The position numbers and the translations under genes were made by a program. A stretch of 63,850 bases of DNA, filler included, from Chiloscyllium plagiosum (lineage: Eukaryota), in NCBI RefSeq assembly GCF_004010195.1. It is 6 parts of one record of this genome, joined end to end, with 100 filler letters (N's around TTAATTAATTAA, not from the genome) between each part and the next. Parts side by side here need not be neighbours in the genome. Positions count along the whole stretch, not along the records: positions 34,711 to 42,732 come from NC_057710.1; positions 42,833 to 55,736 come from NC_057710.1; 4 more parts are not named here. The stretch is one strand, 5' to 3'. The notes beneath the pieces are model-generated. The model did not search any database. It was not told the DNA's origin and was given only the letters and a program-made list of their open reading frames with translations. Shown here piece after piece: positions 37,225 through 49,884 of the stretch; positions within the stretch are counted from its first letter, which is position 1; the number at the start of each line of letters is the position of its first letter.

Positions 37225-37690
37225 AAGTCCTATCTTCACACTAAGGTTACTCTCCATCACTGTGTCACACTCTCACTGCGCTAACTTGGACAGACTTAGA
37301 ACAGATCTATTAACAATACTGGGCATCTATGAAACACTGTGGATCAGCAGCAGCAACAGAATTTCTTCCACACCAATCTGCAACTTCATGGCATGCTATA
37401 TCCCTCTCTCTACCATTGTTATCAGGCTAGGAGATCATCTCCTGTTCAGTGATGAGTGTAGAAGGCCATACCAGAAGCAACACCAGGCACACCTAAAAAT
37501 ATGGTTTCAACCTGATGAAGCAACCAAACAGGGCTGCTTGTGTACCAAACACCAGAGGAGCTTGAGATAGACTGAGCTGAGCAATTCCATGACCAAAGGA
37601 TCAAATTTAAGTTCTACAGTCCTGCCACATCCAGAAAAGCACATGGCCCATCTTGGTCGCCTTCTGAGGTCCCCAGCATCACAGATGCCA
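37225..37690 (+). mobile_element. Fragment of the second non-LTR family
   Basis: Homologous to about 19680-20240. Confidence 0.7.
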
Positions 37691-37691
37691 A

Positions 37692-37890
37692 CGTTTGTTC
37701 CCTGAAGGACATTAGTAAACCAGATGAGTTTTCACAACAGATAATAATGTGGTCACCATTATACTAGCTTTCAATTACAGATTGTTTAAAGTTGAATCTG
37801 CCATGATGGGGTTTGTACCTGGACCCTCAGAACATTAGCTCAGACTCTGGATTGCTAGTACAGTGATATTATCACCATGCTAGTGCCTTT
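37692..37890 (-). mobile_element. tRNA-derived SINE of a second family, decayed
   Basis: Minus strand has A-box-like tagcatggtga and B-box-like ggtacaaaccc, then ggtttactaatgtccttcaggga. Confidence 0.5.
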
Positions 37891-37949
37891 TGAAATGGCA
37901 CCCAGCTCTGCTAAATCTCTGAATGTATTCTCTGCCTCTTGACTTATTT

Positions 37950-38400
37950 TGCTGCTTGACTAACTTCCACAAATTGGAGGAGTAAGCATTATGGGATAGA
38001 TTGAAACCAATTCCTTCCAGCCACCTTCTGACTGCCTTAGACTGAATCAAACTTTAATGCTCTATTTGAGCCTGAACGGAATTTCTGGCCCAACATTCTT
38101 TTCATCATGAAGACTGTTGACTTTCACCTCTGTAAAGTGACCTGTCTCTGACCGTGCCTCACCCCATACACTGCTGAATCTCCATCCATGTCTTTGCTGA
38201 GCTTTGTTGAGCTACTCCAATATTTCCCTGCCCCAAATCCCATTTTTGCCCTCTGAGAACATGAATTTATCTAGATCTCTCCTCCCCATATTATCACACC
38301 CACCCAATGCTATTCACTTATCAACCTTTTGATCATTGGTCCGTGCAGTTTCTCAGTTTGACAACTCTCATTTCATAAATTTCCTTCTTGTTTGCAAAAT
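37950..38400 (+). mobile_element. L2-like LINE remnant
   Basis: LFEPERNFWPNI..IMKTVDFHL.KV.CL.PCL..TAE resembles the L2 RT C-terminus. Confidence 0.55.
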
Positions 38401-38434
38401 GATTTCTGGTCCCAGCCCTTCTTTTCTCATTTTG

Positions 38435-38785
38435 TCATAGATCATTGAACTACTACACTATGGAAGCAGGTCATTCTTCCAATCAAATCCGCACCGACTC
38501 TCTGAAGAGCGTCTCACCCAGACCCACCCTACTCCTGTAAACCTGCATTTTCCATGGCTAACGTACCTAGTCTGCACATCCATGGACACTATGGCATTTT
38601 CCCATGCCCATGCACCTAAGCTGCACATCTTTAGATTGTGGGAGGAAACTGGAGTACCTGGAGGAACTTTATGTAGACGTGAGAATGTGCTAACTCCACA
38701 CAGATCGTCGTCCGAGGGTGGAATCAAACCCAACTCCCTGGCATTGGGAGGCAGCAGGGCTCAACACTGAGCCACGATACTGCCC
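38435..38785 (-). mobile_element. HE1-related SINE, diverged
   Basis: Reverse complement has tRNA head, V-domain and CR1 tail. Confidence 0.8.
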
Positions 38786-38899
38786 TTCAAGTTAGTGGAA
38801 CCTGTGTAGTTTGGGAAGTGTCAGCTTTTATTTGTTTAGAATAATAAATGGTGCACTTTGAGTGATGCTAGATATAACTCCACAGAAACTGGCATCCCA

Positions 38900-39100
38900 T
38901 CACTCTTCATATGCACATGCATAGTCGCTGACACTGGTCCAGCTTCCTCAGTGCCAGCTGTCAGCAAGAGTAGAACCCCTGATCTTCCTGTTTATATCTG
39001 TCATCCACAGTTCCTTGATTGGACCAGGTTAGCAGCCCCAATCAGGGAAATCTTATTCTATGATGCCCATCTGGCTGACTGTCTTCCAGTCTCTACCATC
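38900..39100 (-). mobile_element. Possible solo-LTR remnant
   Basis: Minus strand ccctgattggggctgctaacctggtccaatca..gatataaacagg has a CCAAT/TATA arrangement; termini not resolved. Confidence 0.35.
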
Positions 39101-39299
39101 TGGCTGCTCACATTCCAATCACTACAATGCCACTGCTGAGGGAGGCTTTTCCATACAGAAATATTGAGGTGCACAATCAGAACTGATACAACCGATTGTG
39201 AAAAATGACTGGTATGGTTCTGCAAAGTCAGCTCATGGACACATACTGGTGAGGAACTCAGAAAAAAAATAACTCAAAGAAAAGTGAACAAAAGCATCA

Positions 39300-39458
<159 letters not shown>

Positions 39459-40265
39459 TTAAAAACACATATAAAATGGCATCCAGTTTCAAACTGACGA
39501 TGAACTGCAGACATATCTGTAGTTGTCAGAGGACAGTCTACAGAACTGCAGATACCTTCAAGCAAGCTACTGGCTAACATCCATCCACTATATTCATCCA
39601 CTGTGAACATTGTTCATGGAGAGTGACATGGCACAATCACACAATGTATACTGTCATAAACAGGGGTAAAATGTAGCTATTTAATATAAGTGGGAACTCT
39701 ACAGACAAAAAGAGAGATTCCTTTTTTTTAAGCATGAATATTGGCAGATCATGTAATGTTGACACTGTAATTATTTGAAAATTTTGTTTAGTCAAAGTAA
39801 TAAGTTTGTCTGTGGAGAAAGTAGCTGGCTACATCCAAGTAAGAAGTAAATGGAAATTATCAGATTAAGGTCGACAGATTCACGTGTAAAAGCTTGTGGA
39901 TGGTTGTACTTATAGAAGCAAATATATAATGTACCTTTAAAGGACATGCTCAAGATGTTATCGCTCTGTTATAGCATGTATATGAATGGTATGAAGATCT
40001 CACAAGGTCATAGAGTCATGCAGCTTCGAAACAGATCCTTCAGTCCAGTCACTCCACACCGACCGTATTCCCAAACTAAACTAGTCCCACTTGTCTGCGT
40101 TTGGCCCATTGCCTCCAAACCTTTTCAATTTATGCACTTAACCAAAAATTTTTTAAATGTTGTATCTGGCCCTACAGTCACCACTTAAGCAGCTCATTCC
40201 ACACACGAGCCACTGTATGTGTAAACAAGTTGCTTCTCGTGTCCTTTTTACATCTTTCTCCTGTC

Positions 40266-40867
40266 TGTCACAAAGCTGGTCCTTTTTCTCAAAGTCATTG
40301 TGTCCTTGATTTTCTTTTGGAGGGATTGTAAAACGGCCCAGTCTCTGAAACGGCTGAGTTTGTGCAGAAATGAATGATTTATTCGGGCCCTTTTTGTTCA
40401 CCCCAAAACAGATGATACCTCAGGCCAAAAGCTTTCATGTTTTAGAAATAACTTGTATAATGAAAGGGGAGTGGCCGGTCTTGGTAGCTGAGGTTTTTTT
40501 TTGGTTCAGTTTAGCAGCTTTGTGTGTAAAGGAAGGCTCGGTACTCTTCCTCCTTCTGCTCTTCTGATTTCGAACTGTGAGTTGCCTGTGCCATGTTTTA
40601 CTGTTTGTGTTCAGAGATGTGTCTGTTTTCAGAACAGCATCATTATGTCAGGTTTGGATTGGATAAATTATTGGGTATTCTATTTTCCGTTCTGTGTGTT
40701 TCATTCCATAATTTTGTAAATAAATTTTGTTTGTTTAAAGCTTGGCAGTCAATCCAGCTAATCTACACTGGGGATATCAATTATACACCGAGCTAAACAG
40801 ATAGCCCAGACCGTAACTTTGCTATCTGCTTAAAGATGCTATGAGGAGTCTGGCCTAGTTTCTAACA
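40266..40867 (+). repeat. 5' LTR of Gypsy element 2
   Basis: TG...CA termini; direct similarity to 45454-46131. Confidence 0.9.
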
Positions 40868-40870
40868 GAC

Positions 40871-40889
40871 TGGGGGCTCTTTGCAGGAT
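40871..40889 (+). promoter_or_regulatory. Primer binding site, tRNA-Pro-like
   Basis: TGGGGGCTC..GGAT just after the LTR, versus canonical TGGGGGCTCGTCCGGGAT. Confidence 0.7.
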
Positions 40890-42209
40890 TTAAACAGTGA
40901 GTGGTAGGTGTAAGTATATTTTATTTTGGTGTTCATTTGGTGGTTTAAATAGAGCTCGGATCACAATGGTTCTTTCAGTCACCAAGGAGTTTCTGGACGT
41001 GGAAACAGTGACCTTGAGGGTTTTACAAAAGGCAAATAATTCCAAACTGTGGGAATTAATAGACAAACTGGGGTTGAACTTACCTCCTAATGTGAGGAAA
41101 GATTAGATTATTTCAGCTGTAGCTCAGTATTTAAATTTGCTGGAAATATCAGGATCTGTCGAAATGGCAAGAATTTAATTGCAAATGAAACAGTTTGAGT
41201 TAGAGGCGAGAGAGAAGGAAAGGGCCACTGAAATGAAACGGTTTGAGTTATGAGTGAAATCAGAAGAAAACAAACAACGAGCCTTAGCAGAAGTGAAATA
41301 AAGATGACGAAGGCTTCCAGCAGAAGAGAAAGAAAAAGAGATTTTGAACTTCAGAAATCGGCACTTAAAATGGGAAGTCAACATAAAAGGATGGAGATGA
41401 AGGCTGAAGGTAGGCTTAGTGAGGAAGAGAGTGGGGATGAGCAAACCCATTGTAGTCAAAAGCCTGATGAGAAACAGTTTAAGTGTGTTCAAGCATTGCC
41501 TAAATTTGATGAGAAGGATGTAGAAGCCTTTTTCATCTGATTTGAAAATGTGGCTAAACAAATGGAGTAGCCAGTGACCATGTGGGTTTGTTGATCCAAA
41601 CCAAACGTGTAGGTAGAGCTAGTGAGGTATTCACATCATTATCAGAGGAGGTATCTGGGGAGTACAAGGAGGTGAAAAAAAGCTAAGTGAAGTGCGCATG
41701 AGCTTGTACCAGAAGCCTATAGATGATATTTCTGGAATCTAAGGAGGGACCCTGGTCAAACCCATTTTGAGTTTGAAAGGATCAAACAAAGTAATTTTGA
41801 TAGGTGAATAAGAGCGTTAAAAATAAAACAAACCCACGTCGTTCTTAGAGAGACAAATATTTTGGAGGAATTCAAACATTCAGTGCCTGTCACAGTGCAA
41901 ACCCATATGGCAGAGCATAGATTCAAAACGGCAAGACTAGCAGCTGAAGTGGCTGATGATTATGAGTTGGCCCATAAACCACGGTTTGACTTCCTGAATC
42001 AATTTCAATCCATGAGGGATAGAAGTTGGGGAAAAGAGAAATCCTTGCGTCAAAAGTGAAAGGTAGATCTCAGTGAAGATCAGAGGAGAACTCACCACAG
42101 GGTAAAAAAGAACCCCTTGAGGGGGACAAAGAAGTTAAAAAGCTCTGTTTTCATTGGAATAATGTAGGCCACATGAAATCACAGTGTTGGTGGGCTCAGA
42201 AATGCAAAT

Positions 42210-42972
42210 TCTGGATCAGTGGTGCTGGAAGAGCACAGAAATTCAGGCAGCATCCGAGGACAGGCAAAATCGACGTTTCGGGCAAAAGCCCTTCATCAGG
42301 AATAAAGGCAGAGAGCCTGAAGCGTGGAGAGATAAGCTAGAGGAGGGTGGACTGTAAAACCTGTGCACACACCTCCTCCCTCACCTCCATCCAAGGCCCT
42401 AAAGGAGCCTTCCACATCCATCAAAGTTTTACCTGCACATCCACTAATATCATTTATTGTATCCGTTGCTCACGATGCGGTCTCCTCTACATTGGGGAGA
42501 CTGGACGCCTCCTAGCAGAGCGCTTTAGGGAACACCTCCGAGACACCCGCACCAATCAACCAAACCGCCCCGTGGCCCAACATTTCAACCCCCCCTCCCA
42601 CTCTGCCGAGGATATGGAGGTGCTGGCCCTCCTCCACCGCCGCTCCCTCACCACCAGACGCATGGAAGAAGAACGCCTCATCTTCCACCTCGGAACACTT
42701 CAACCCCAGGCCATCAATGTGGATTTCAACAGNNNNNNNNNNNNNNNNNNNNNNNNNNNNNNNNNNNNNNNNNNNNTTAATTAATTAANNNNNNNNNNNN
42801 NNNNNNNNNNNNNNNNNNNNNNNNNNNNNNNNTCTCTGCCTTTATTCCTGATGAAGGGCTTTTGCCCGAAACATCGATTTTGCCTGTCCTCGGATGCTGC
42901 CTGAATTGCTGTGCTCTTCCAGCACCACTGATCCAGAATCTGGTTTCCAGCATCTGCAGTCATTGTTTGTAC
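42210..42972. mobile_element. Penelope-like (Neptune-type) insertion in Gypsy gag: inverted terminus, GIY-YIG, gap and terminus
   Basis: CKTC..FTCTSTNIIYCIRCSRCGLLYIGETGR; hammerheads at 42272-42299 (-, intact) and 42848-42875 (+); TSD CTCAGAAATGCAAAT at 42195-42209 and 42973-42987. Confidence 0.93.
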
Positions 42973-44141
42973 CTCAGAAATGCAAATGGAAGCCAGATGT
43001 GGGAAGGATTGGAAGTTTTGTTGGAGTGGTAACAAAACACAGTGGAAGCTAGAAAGCTGCAATAAAGTGCATTGGCTGATTGGAGGTTGGTTAAGGAGAA
43101 AGTGCCAGATCTGCTTAAAAAAAATGTCCCTGCAGACAAAGTTTATTGACATAGGCCAGGAGTATCAGGTAAAGAGGTTACAATATTAAGGGACACTGAA
43201 TCCTCTCAGTCTGTGATGCTGAAGGATGAGGAGATATGTACGCCTGAAGGACTATTATCAGAAAAGGTACTGGTAACAGGAATTCACGGCCAGACAAAAA
43301 GTGCTCGATTATGTAAAGTGAGGTTAGAATGTCCAGAAAAGAGTGGAGAAATGGTGGTACTGGACAAACTCTCATGTTCAGGAATACAATTTATCCTTGA
43401 AAATGATATAGCTAATTCACCGCTAGGTGTGCTGCCTACTCTAGTTGAAAAGCCAGTGGAGATGCAGGCAACTGAAGCAATTCAGGATGTTTATCCAGGA
43501 ATCTTCCCTAATTGTGGAGTAACGAGATCATAGTGTTATAAGCTAAAGCAGGAGAGGACAAAGGGCACAGATAAGGAAGCTGAAGTGACATTAGCAGAGA
43601 CTATGTTCATTCATATATGTGGAACAGAACAGAAGCAAATCGGTAAATATGCAAGTATCTTTAGCTCTGATGAGCTCATTGAGCTACAGCAGAAAAATGA
43701 AAATTTAAAGCAGTTGTATCAAAAGGCATACACAGTAAATGAGTCTGAATGCATCCCTGCATGTTATTACTTGGAAAAAAAAATTAATGAGGAAATGCAG
43801 ACCATCACATATTTGAGAAATGGGCAGACATTCATCAAATTGTATTGCAAGTGGGGTATAGAAAGGAGACATTACGAGTGGCGCATGAGCTACCACTTGG
43901 AGGTCATTTAGGAGTGAGAAAACCACAAGCTAAAATACAAAAGCAGGCCTGGACTCTACAAGATGTAGTTAAATTTTGCCAACATATCATACATGTCAGG
44001 TAATTGGAAAACCACAGGCAGTAATAAAACCTGCACGTTTAATATATTTTTCAGCATTTGAGGAATCTTTTACAAGAGTCTTGATTGATTGCATAAGTCT
44101 CTTATTTCAAACAAAAAGTATTTGTTAACCATAATGGATGT

Positions 44142-44591
44142 TCTGGATGTAGGTTTGCTTGCTGAGCTGGAAAGTTCATTTTCAGATGTTTCGTCACCAT
44201 ACTAGGTAACATCTTCAGTGAGTCACCAGATGAAGCACTGGTGGTGTAGCCTGCTTTCTATTTATTTGTTTGGGTTTCCTTGGGTTGCTGATGTCATTTC
44301 TTGTGGTGATGTCATTTCTATGGTATGTCATGTTCTGTTCTTTTTCTCAGAGGGTGGTAAATGGGATCTAAGTCAATGTGTTTGATGACAGAGTTCTGGT
44401 TAGAATGCCATGCTTCTAGGAATTTTCGTGCGTGTCTCTGTTTGACTTATCCAAGGATGGATGTGTTGTCCTTCCTGATTCGTATGTAAGGATACTAGTG
44501 AGAGAGGGTCATGTCTTTGAGTCTTTCAGCTCAGCGAGCAAGCCTACATCCAGAACCTCAGGCTGAGCTACAAACCTTCTCAAAGTACGCT
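44142..44591 (-). mobile_element. Penelope-like element family C (Poseidon-like) inserted in Gypsy integrase
   Basis: Minus strand RHDPLSLVSLH..RHARKFLEAWHSNQNSVIKHIDLDPIY; hammerhead CUGAAGA-U-GUUACC(UAGUAU)GGUGAC-GAAACAUC at 44185-44218; inverted terminal copy at 44526-44590. Confidence 0.8.
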
Positions 44592-45453
44592 AATAATGTT
44601 TGTATCATCTAGATTTTCAGAGGCCGTTTCATTACGCAATATCACAGCTAAAAGGATTGTAGGGGAATTGCTCAAGGTTTTTACTATATATGGACTACCA
44701 ATAGAGATACAGTCAGATCAAGGATCAAGCTTCACATCCAAACTATTCAAGGAAGTCATGGACAGCTTAGCAATAAAACAATTCAAATATCATTCAGATT
44801 GACAGGGAGCGCTAGAATGGTGACATCAAACACGAAAAACCATGTTGAGGGCTTATAGTCAGGATTATCCAGATGATTGGGATAAGAGAATTCAGTTTAT
44901 GCTTTTTGCAATCAGGGATGCACAAATGAATTGACCAAATTCAGTCCATTTAAAATTAGTTTTTGGACATGAAATGAAAGGACCACTAAAATTGATTAAG
45001 GAGAAATTAATAAGTCAGATTTCAGATACCACACATTTGGATTATGTGTCAAATTTAGAGAATGATTAAATAGAGCTGGGGAGTTGCTGGACAGCATTTA
45101 AAAGTATTGCAGTATGTAATGAAACAGGAAGTGTAAGAAATCAAAAATTCACAATTTTGCAATTGGGGGGTAAGGTGTCAGTGTTACTTCCAGTAACAGG
45201 CGATTCTTTAAAAGCACGGTTTTGTGGACCTTATCAAATCAAAAGGAAATCGAGTTTTGAGTCAGGTGAACTATTTGATAAGGACTCCAGACAGGAAGAA
45301 ATCTCAGTGTGTCATGTGAATATGCTCAAAAGGTATTTTATCAGGGAAGGAAAGCAAGAGAAGAAAGTGTTAATGATTACAGCACAGAAGGAAGAACCAA
45401 GTTCAGAGGATTATGAATTGGACATTCCTCAAATTAAATTGGACGATGAGGAA

Positions 45454-46131
45454 TGTCACGAAGCTGGTCCCGTTTTCCTAAATTTCTCAAGAAGGGTCGT
45501 AACCAGGTTGGGCTCAGATTAGACTAGCTTGATACAGAGATGAAAAAGATTTTGAGAGGCTTTTTGTTTATATGTAAACAAATGAGACTTCAGGCCAAAG
45601 TGGTTATGTTTTAGAAGTGACCTATATAATGGAAGGGGAGTGATCAGCTCTCTAGCTGAGTTGTTCAGTCCAGAAGTAGTTTGGAGCTCAGCAGTGGACT
45701 GTATTACCTGAGGCCAAAGGCTTTCATGTTTTAGAAATAACTTGTATCATGAAACGGGAATAGCCAATCCTGGCAGCGGAGGTTTATTTGTTGGTTCAGT
45801 TCATCAGCTGTGTGTGCAAAGAAAGGCTCTGTCTCTCTTTCTGCCCTTCTGATTTCAAACTGAGTTGCCTATGCCATATTTTACTGTTTGTGCTCAGTGA
45901 TGCGTTTTATGTCGGGTTTGATTAGGACAAGTTATCGGGTATTCGATTTTCTGTTCTGTGTGTTTCATTCCATAATTTTGTAAATAAATTTTGTTTATGT
46001 AAAACTTGGCAGTTGACCCAGCTAATCTACACCAGAAATATCCACTATACACCTAGCTGAACAAATAGCAAAGTTATGGTCTGGGCTACCTGCTTAAAGA
46101 GGTTTTGAGGGGTCTGACCTAGTGCATAACA
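45454..46131 (+). repeat. 3' LTR of Gypsy element 2
   Basis: TGTCAC...CATAACA; carries an extra diverged internal repeat unit. Confidence 0.9.
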
Positions 46132-46531
46132 TGTCATCTTAAAGGTATGCCTCCTAGCTTTGAACTCTCACACCTGAGGGCAAAAGCCCTTGTTATTCAT
46201 CATATCTACATATCTCATGATTTTATAAACCCCCAATAAGGTCATCCCTCAATTTCCTACACTCCTGTAAAAGTGTCCCAGCCAATTCAGCGTTTCCCGA
46301 TAACTCAAATTTTTGAGTCTATGCCTCTGCTTATAATTCTAAGGGTCCTACAAGCATTCTTAAAAACTGTTTCAAGTTGCCTGACTACCTTCAACGAATC
46401 AAGTACGTGAACCCTGAAGTGCTTCTGCTGCTGTATTCTCCTCAAAGTCGTACTATTGAGACTATGTTGTCTTTATGTGTTTCTTCTACCAAAATGTCTT
46501 ACCTCACATTTCATTGCATTGAAATTCATCT

Positions 46532-46635
46532 GAAAAATGTGTTGCTGGAAAAGCGCAGCAGGTCAGGCAGCATCCAAGGAGCAGGAGAATCAACGTTTCG
46601 GGCATAAGCCCTTTTTCAGGAACCAGGATCCTCCG
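46532..46635 (-). mobile_element. Mini-Penelope terminus with 14-bp TSD
   Basis: TSD ATTGAAATTCATCT at 46518-46531 and 46636-46649; mutated hammerhead at 46592-46619. Confidence 0.85.
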
Positions 46636-47229
46636 ATTGAAATTCATCTAGCTGGTATCTGCCCATTTGGCGAACTTACTAATATCTTTCAGAAGTCACT
46701 CAGCATCATCCTCAATTCACTAGCTTAGTATCATCTGTAAATTTAGAGGTTTTGCCAACAATACACCTCTCCAAATCTTTATATGATTTATATAATCAGA
46801 AAAAGCAAGGGACAGCGTTAATATGGTATCACACATTAGGCTACTTAGTAAGAGTGCATGGTGTTGAAGGCAGTGTATAGGCGTGATTAAATATTAACTG
46901 TGTAATAAAAGACAGAGGGACCCTTCATGATATTATGCTGATTCAGTGACCATATTATGTATTTCCAAATTGTCTGCTTTTCAATTCTTGATTTTCTATT
47001 TTTATTTCCCCAGCCTCCTCTCTTTAAGGGGCCTACTCTTTTCCTTGTTTTATTTTTTATGGAAGCTATTACAGTCAGTCTTGATGTTACATGCAAGTTT
47101 TGGTGGGTGTCTACCTATATTAAATTGACTATGATCGTTCATGAAGGAAGCTCACCACCGCCTTCGGAAGAGAAATTAGATTAGAGTTGTTTTCCTCAGA
47201 ACAGAGGAGTTTAAGGAGACCTGTTAAAG

Positions 47230-48495
47230 TCATAGAGTCCTATAGCACAGAGACAGGCTTTTTGACTCAAACTGGTCCATGCCGACCAGAGTGTCCAGTC
47301 ACACTCACCTCATTTCCCTGCACTTAGCCCATATCTTTCTAATCCTTTCCAATCCATGTATTTGTCCAAATGTTTTTTAAATGTTATAAATGTCGCCATC
47401 TCAACCACTTCAGCTGGCAGTACATTCCATATGTATAATATCCTCTGTATAAAAAAAGTTCCCCCTTTTATTCTTTCCCCTCTAATCGTAAACTGATGCC
47501 CCCTCATGCTCTGTTCCCCAACCATGGGAAAAAAAACAAGTGCATTCTCCTCTTCCATGCCCGTCATGATCTTATACACTTGTATAAAATATCCCTTCAG
47601 TCTTCCACGCTCTAAAGAAAAATCTCCTAGTTTGTCCAACCTCTCCCTAAAACTCAGACTGTTGAGTCCTTGCAAAATCCTTGTAATTTTCTTCTGCACT
47701 CTTTCCAGTTTAATAACATTCTTCCTATGGCAAAGTGACCAAAACTGAACACGATATTCCAAGTGCAGCCTCATCAACGTTCTGTATAACTGCAACATAA
47801 CTTCCCAACTTCTATCTTCAGTGCCTTGACTGATGAACCCCAGTGTGCCAAAGCCTTCTTCACTGCCCCGTCTACTTGCGACTCCACTTTCAGAGAACCG
47901 TGCACCTGAACTCCAAGGTTCCTCTGTTCCATTACACTCCTTAAAGGCATACCATTCACCATGAAACTCCCACCTTGATTTGACTTTCTAAAATGCAAGA
48001 CCTCACACTTATCTATATTAAACTCCATTTGACATTTCTCGACCCACTTTCCCAGCTGATCAAGGTCTTGCTGCAATTTCAGATAACCTTCCTCACTGTC
48101 CATGATACCACCTATTTTAGAGTCATCAGCAAACTTACTAATCACACCTTGTACAGTCTCATCCAAATCATTGATGTGGATGACCAACTGGGCCCAGTGC
48201 CAAGCTCTGAGGCACACCACTGGTAACATGCCTCTAGTCCAACAAGCATACTTCCATTATTAACTCCCGCTTTCTTCCATCAAGCCGATTGTGTGTCCAA
48301 TTTGCCAACTCCCCTGAACTCCATGTGATCTAACCTTCCAAAGCAGTCTACCATATGGAATCTTTTCAAAGGTCTTACAGAAATGCATATAGACTACATC
48401 TTCCGCCCTGCCCTCATCATCTTTCCTAGTCATTTCGTCAATGAACTCTTGCAAATTTGTGAGACATGATCTCCCGAGCACAAAGCTGACTACTC
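47230..48495 (-). mobile_element. CR1 RT to 3' end
   Basis: INDLD..SKFADDSK, KCEVLHF, LYRTLMRLHLEY. Confidence 0.93.
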
Positions 48496-48499
48496 TTAA

Positions 48500-48735
48500 C
48501 CAAACTTTTAACAGCCTATCTTCTAAAATTACACCAGCACCACTCCCCACCTTTTCCTCCGCTACATTGATGACTGCATCGGTGTCAGCTCGTGCTCCCA
48601 TGGGAAGGTTGAACAGTTCATTAACTTCACCTACGCATTCCACCCTGACCTTCAATTCACCTGGACCACCTCTGACACCTCTCCCCCCTTCCTGGACCTC
48701 TCCATCAATGGTGACCGACTCAACACTGACATTTG
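48500..48735 (+). mobile_element. Penelope-like RT core fragment
   Basis: PHLFLRYIDDCIG...FINFT.AFHPDLQFTW...PFLDLSI. Confidence 0.85.
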
Positions 48736-48959
48736 CCCACCACAGACGTAGGACTGACCGATCTGTAATTCCCAAGATTACCCTTTACTCTTCTTGAACA
48801 AGGGAATAAAATTTGCCCCCTTCAAATGGCACTACTCCAGTGGACAGTGACGATGCAAAGATCATTGCCAAAGGCACAGCAATCTCTTGCTCCCAGGAAA
48901 ATAAATTTCCCACTGAAAAGGGACTCACCTTGAGCTTCAGGCCTCCATTTTCTGGAGGA

Positions 48960-49660
48960 GCAAGAGAGAACGAGGAGCTGTGTAGGTGCGGTCGATTTGC
49001 GCTCTGGGAAGGTGATTATATTTGGGCCATGGCTGAACCTGAGACGACACCCACCCTCGCCCTCTAACCAAAGGAAAGGACTCTGTGGTGTGTTGATATG
49101 ATAAGGATTTTCTACTTTTTTTGTACCATGTGACAGGTAAAAACTTTTCTTTCCTTTTTTGTTTACCTAAGTTATGACTAAGTTAAGTTTCAGATTAAAA
49201 ATGGCAGGAGATCCCAGAGCCGTGTTATGCTCCTCTTGTTCAATGTGGGAACTCAGGGACACGGCTGATATCCCTGACTCCTTCACCTGCAGGAAGTGCG
49301 TCCAGTTGCAGCTCTTGTTAGACTGCATGACAGCTCTGGAGCTGCGGATGGACTCACTTTGGAGCATACACAACGCTGAAGGGGTCATAGATAGCACATT
49401 TAGTGAATTGGTCACACCGCAGTTAGGATTGCTGAGGGAGAAAGGGAATGGGTGACCAAAACACAGAGAAAGAGCAGGAAGGCAGTGAAGGCGTCCCCAG
49501 CAACCATCTCCCTCCAAAACAGGTAGACCGTTTTGGACACTGCTGGGGAGATGGCTCACCAGGGGAAGGCAGCAGTAGCCAGGTTCACGGCACCATGGCT
49601 GGCTCTGCTGTACAGAAGACACAGGAAAAAGAGCGGGAAGGTTGTAGTCATAGGGGATCT
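48960..49660 (+). mobile_element. CR1 5' UTR and ORF1 N-terminal half
   Basis: MAGDPRAVLCSSCSMWELRD..FTCRKCVQL..VVVIGD; paralogous to 21540-22200. Confidence 0.9.
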
Positions 49661-49880
49661 GTTCTACCCTCCTCTGACCTGTCACCTTCACCCCCACCTC
49701 TATCCACCTATTGCACTTTCAGCTACTTTCACCCCAGCCCCAGCCTCCACCCATTTATCTCTCCACCCCTGAGGCTCCCAGCATCATTCCTGATGAAGGG
49801 CTTTTGCCCAAAACGTCAATTTCCTGCTCCTCGGATGCTGCCTGACCTGCTGTGCTTTTCCAGCACCATTCTAATCTTTA
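49661..49880 (+). mobile_element. Penelope-like terminus (family A)
   Basis: Pyrimidine-rich UTR and hammerhead at 49790-49817 with G12 mutated. Confidence 0.82.
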
Positions 49881-49884
49881 TTCT

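Larger units (their letters stand above)
40266..46131 (+). mobile_element. Gmr1-like Gypsy element 2: LTR-gag-PR-INT-LTR, lacking RT/RNase H
   Basis: LTRs 40266-40867 and 45454-46131 (TGTCAC...TAACA); TSD TGTC at 40262-40265 and 46132-46135; LPKFDEKDVEAFF, SCAN-like region, LRDTESS, IQSDQGSSFTS, RFCGPYQI, HVNMLKRY; the interrupted CR1 rejoins across the TSD. Confidence 0.92.
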
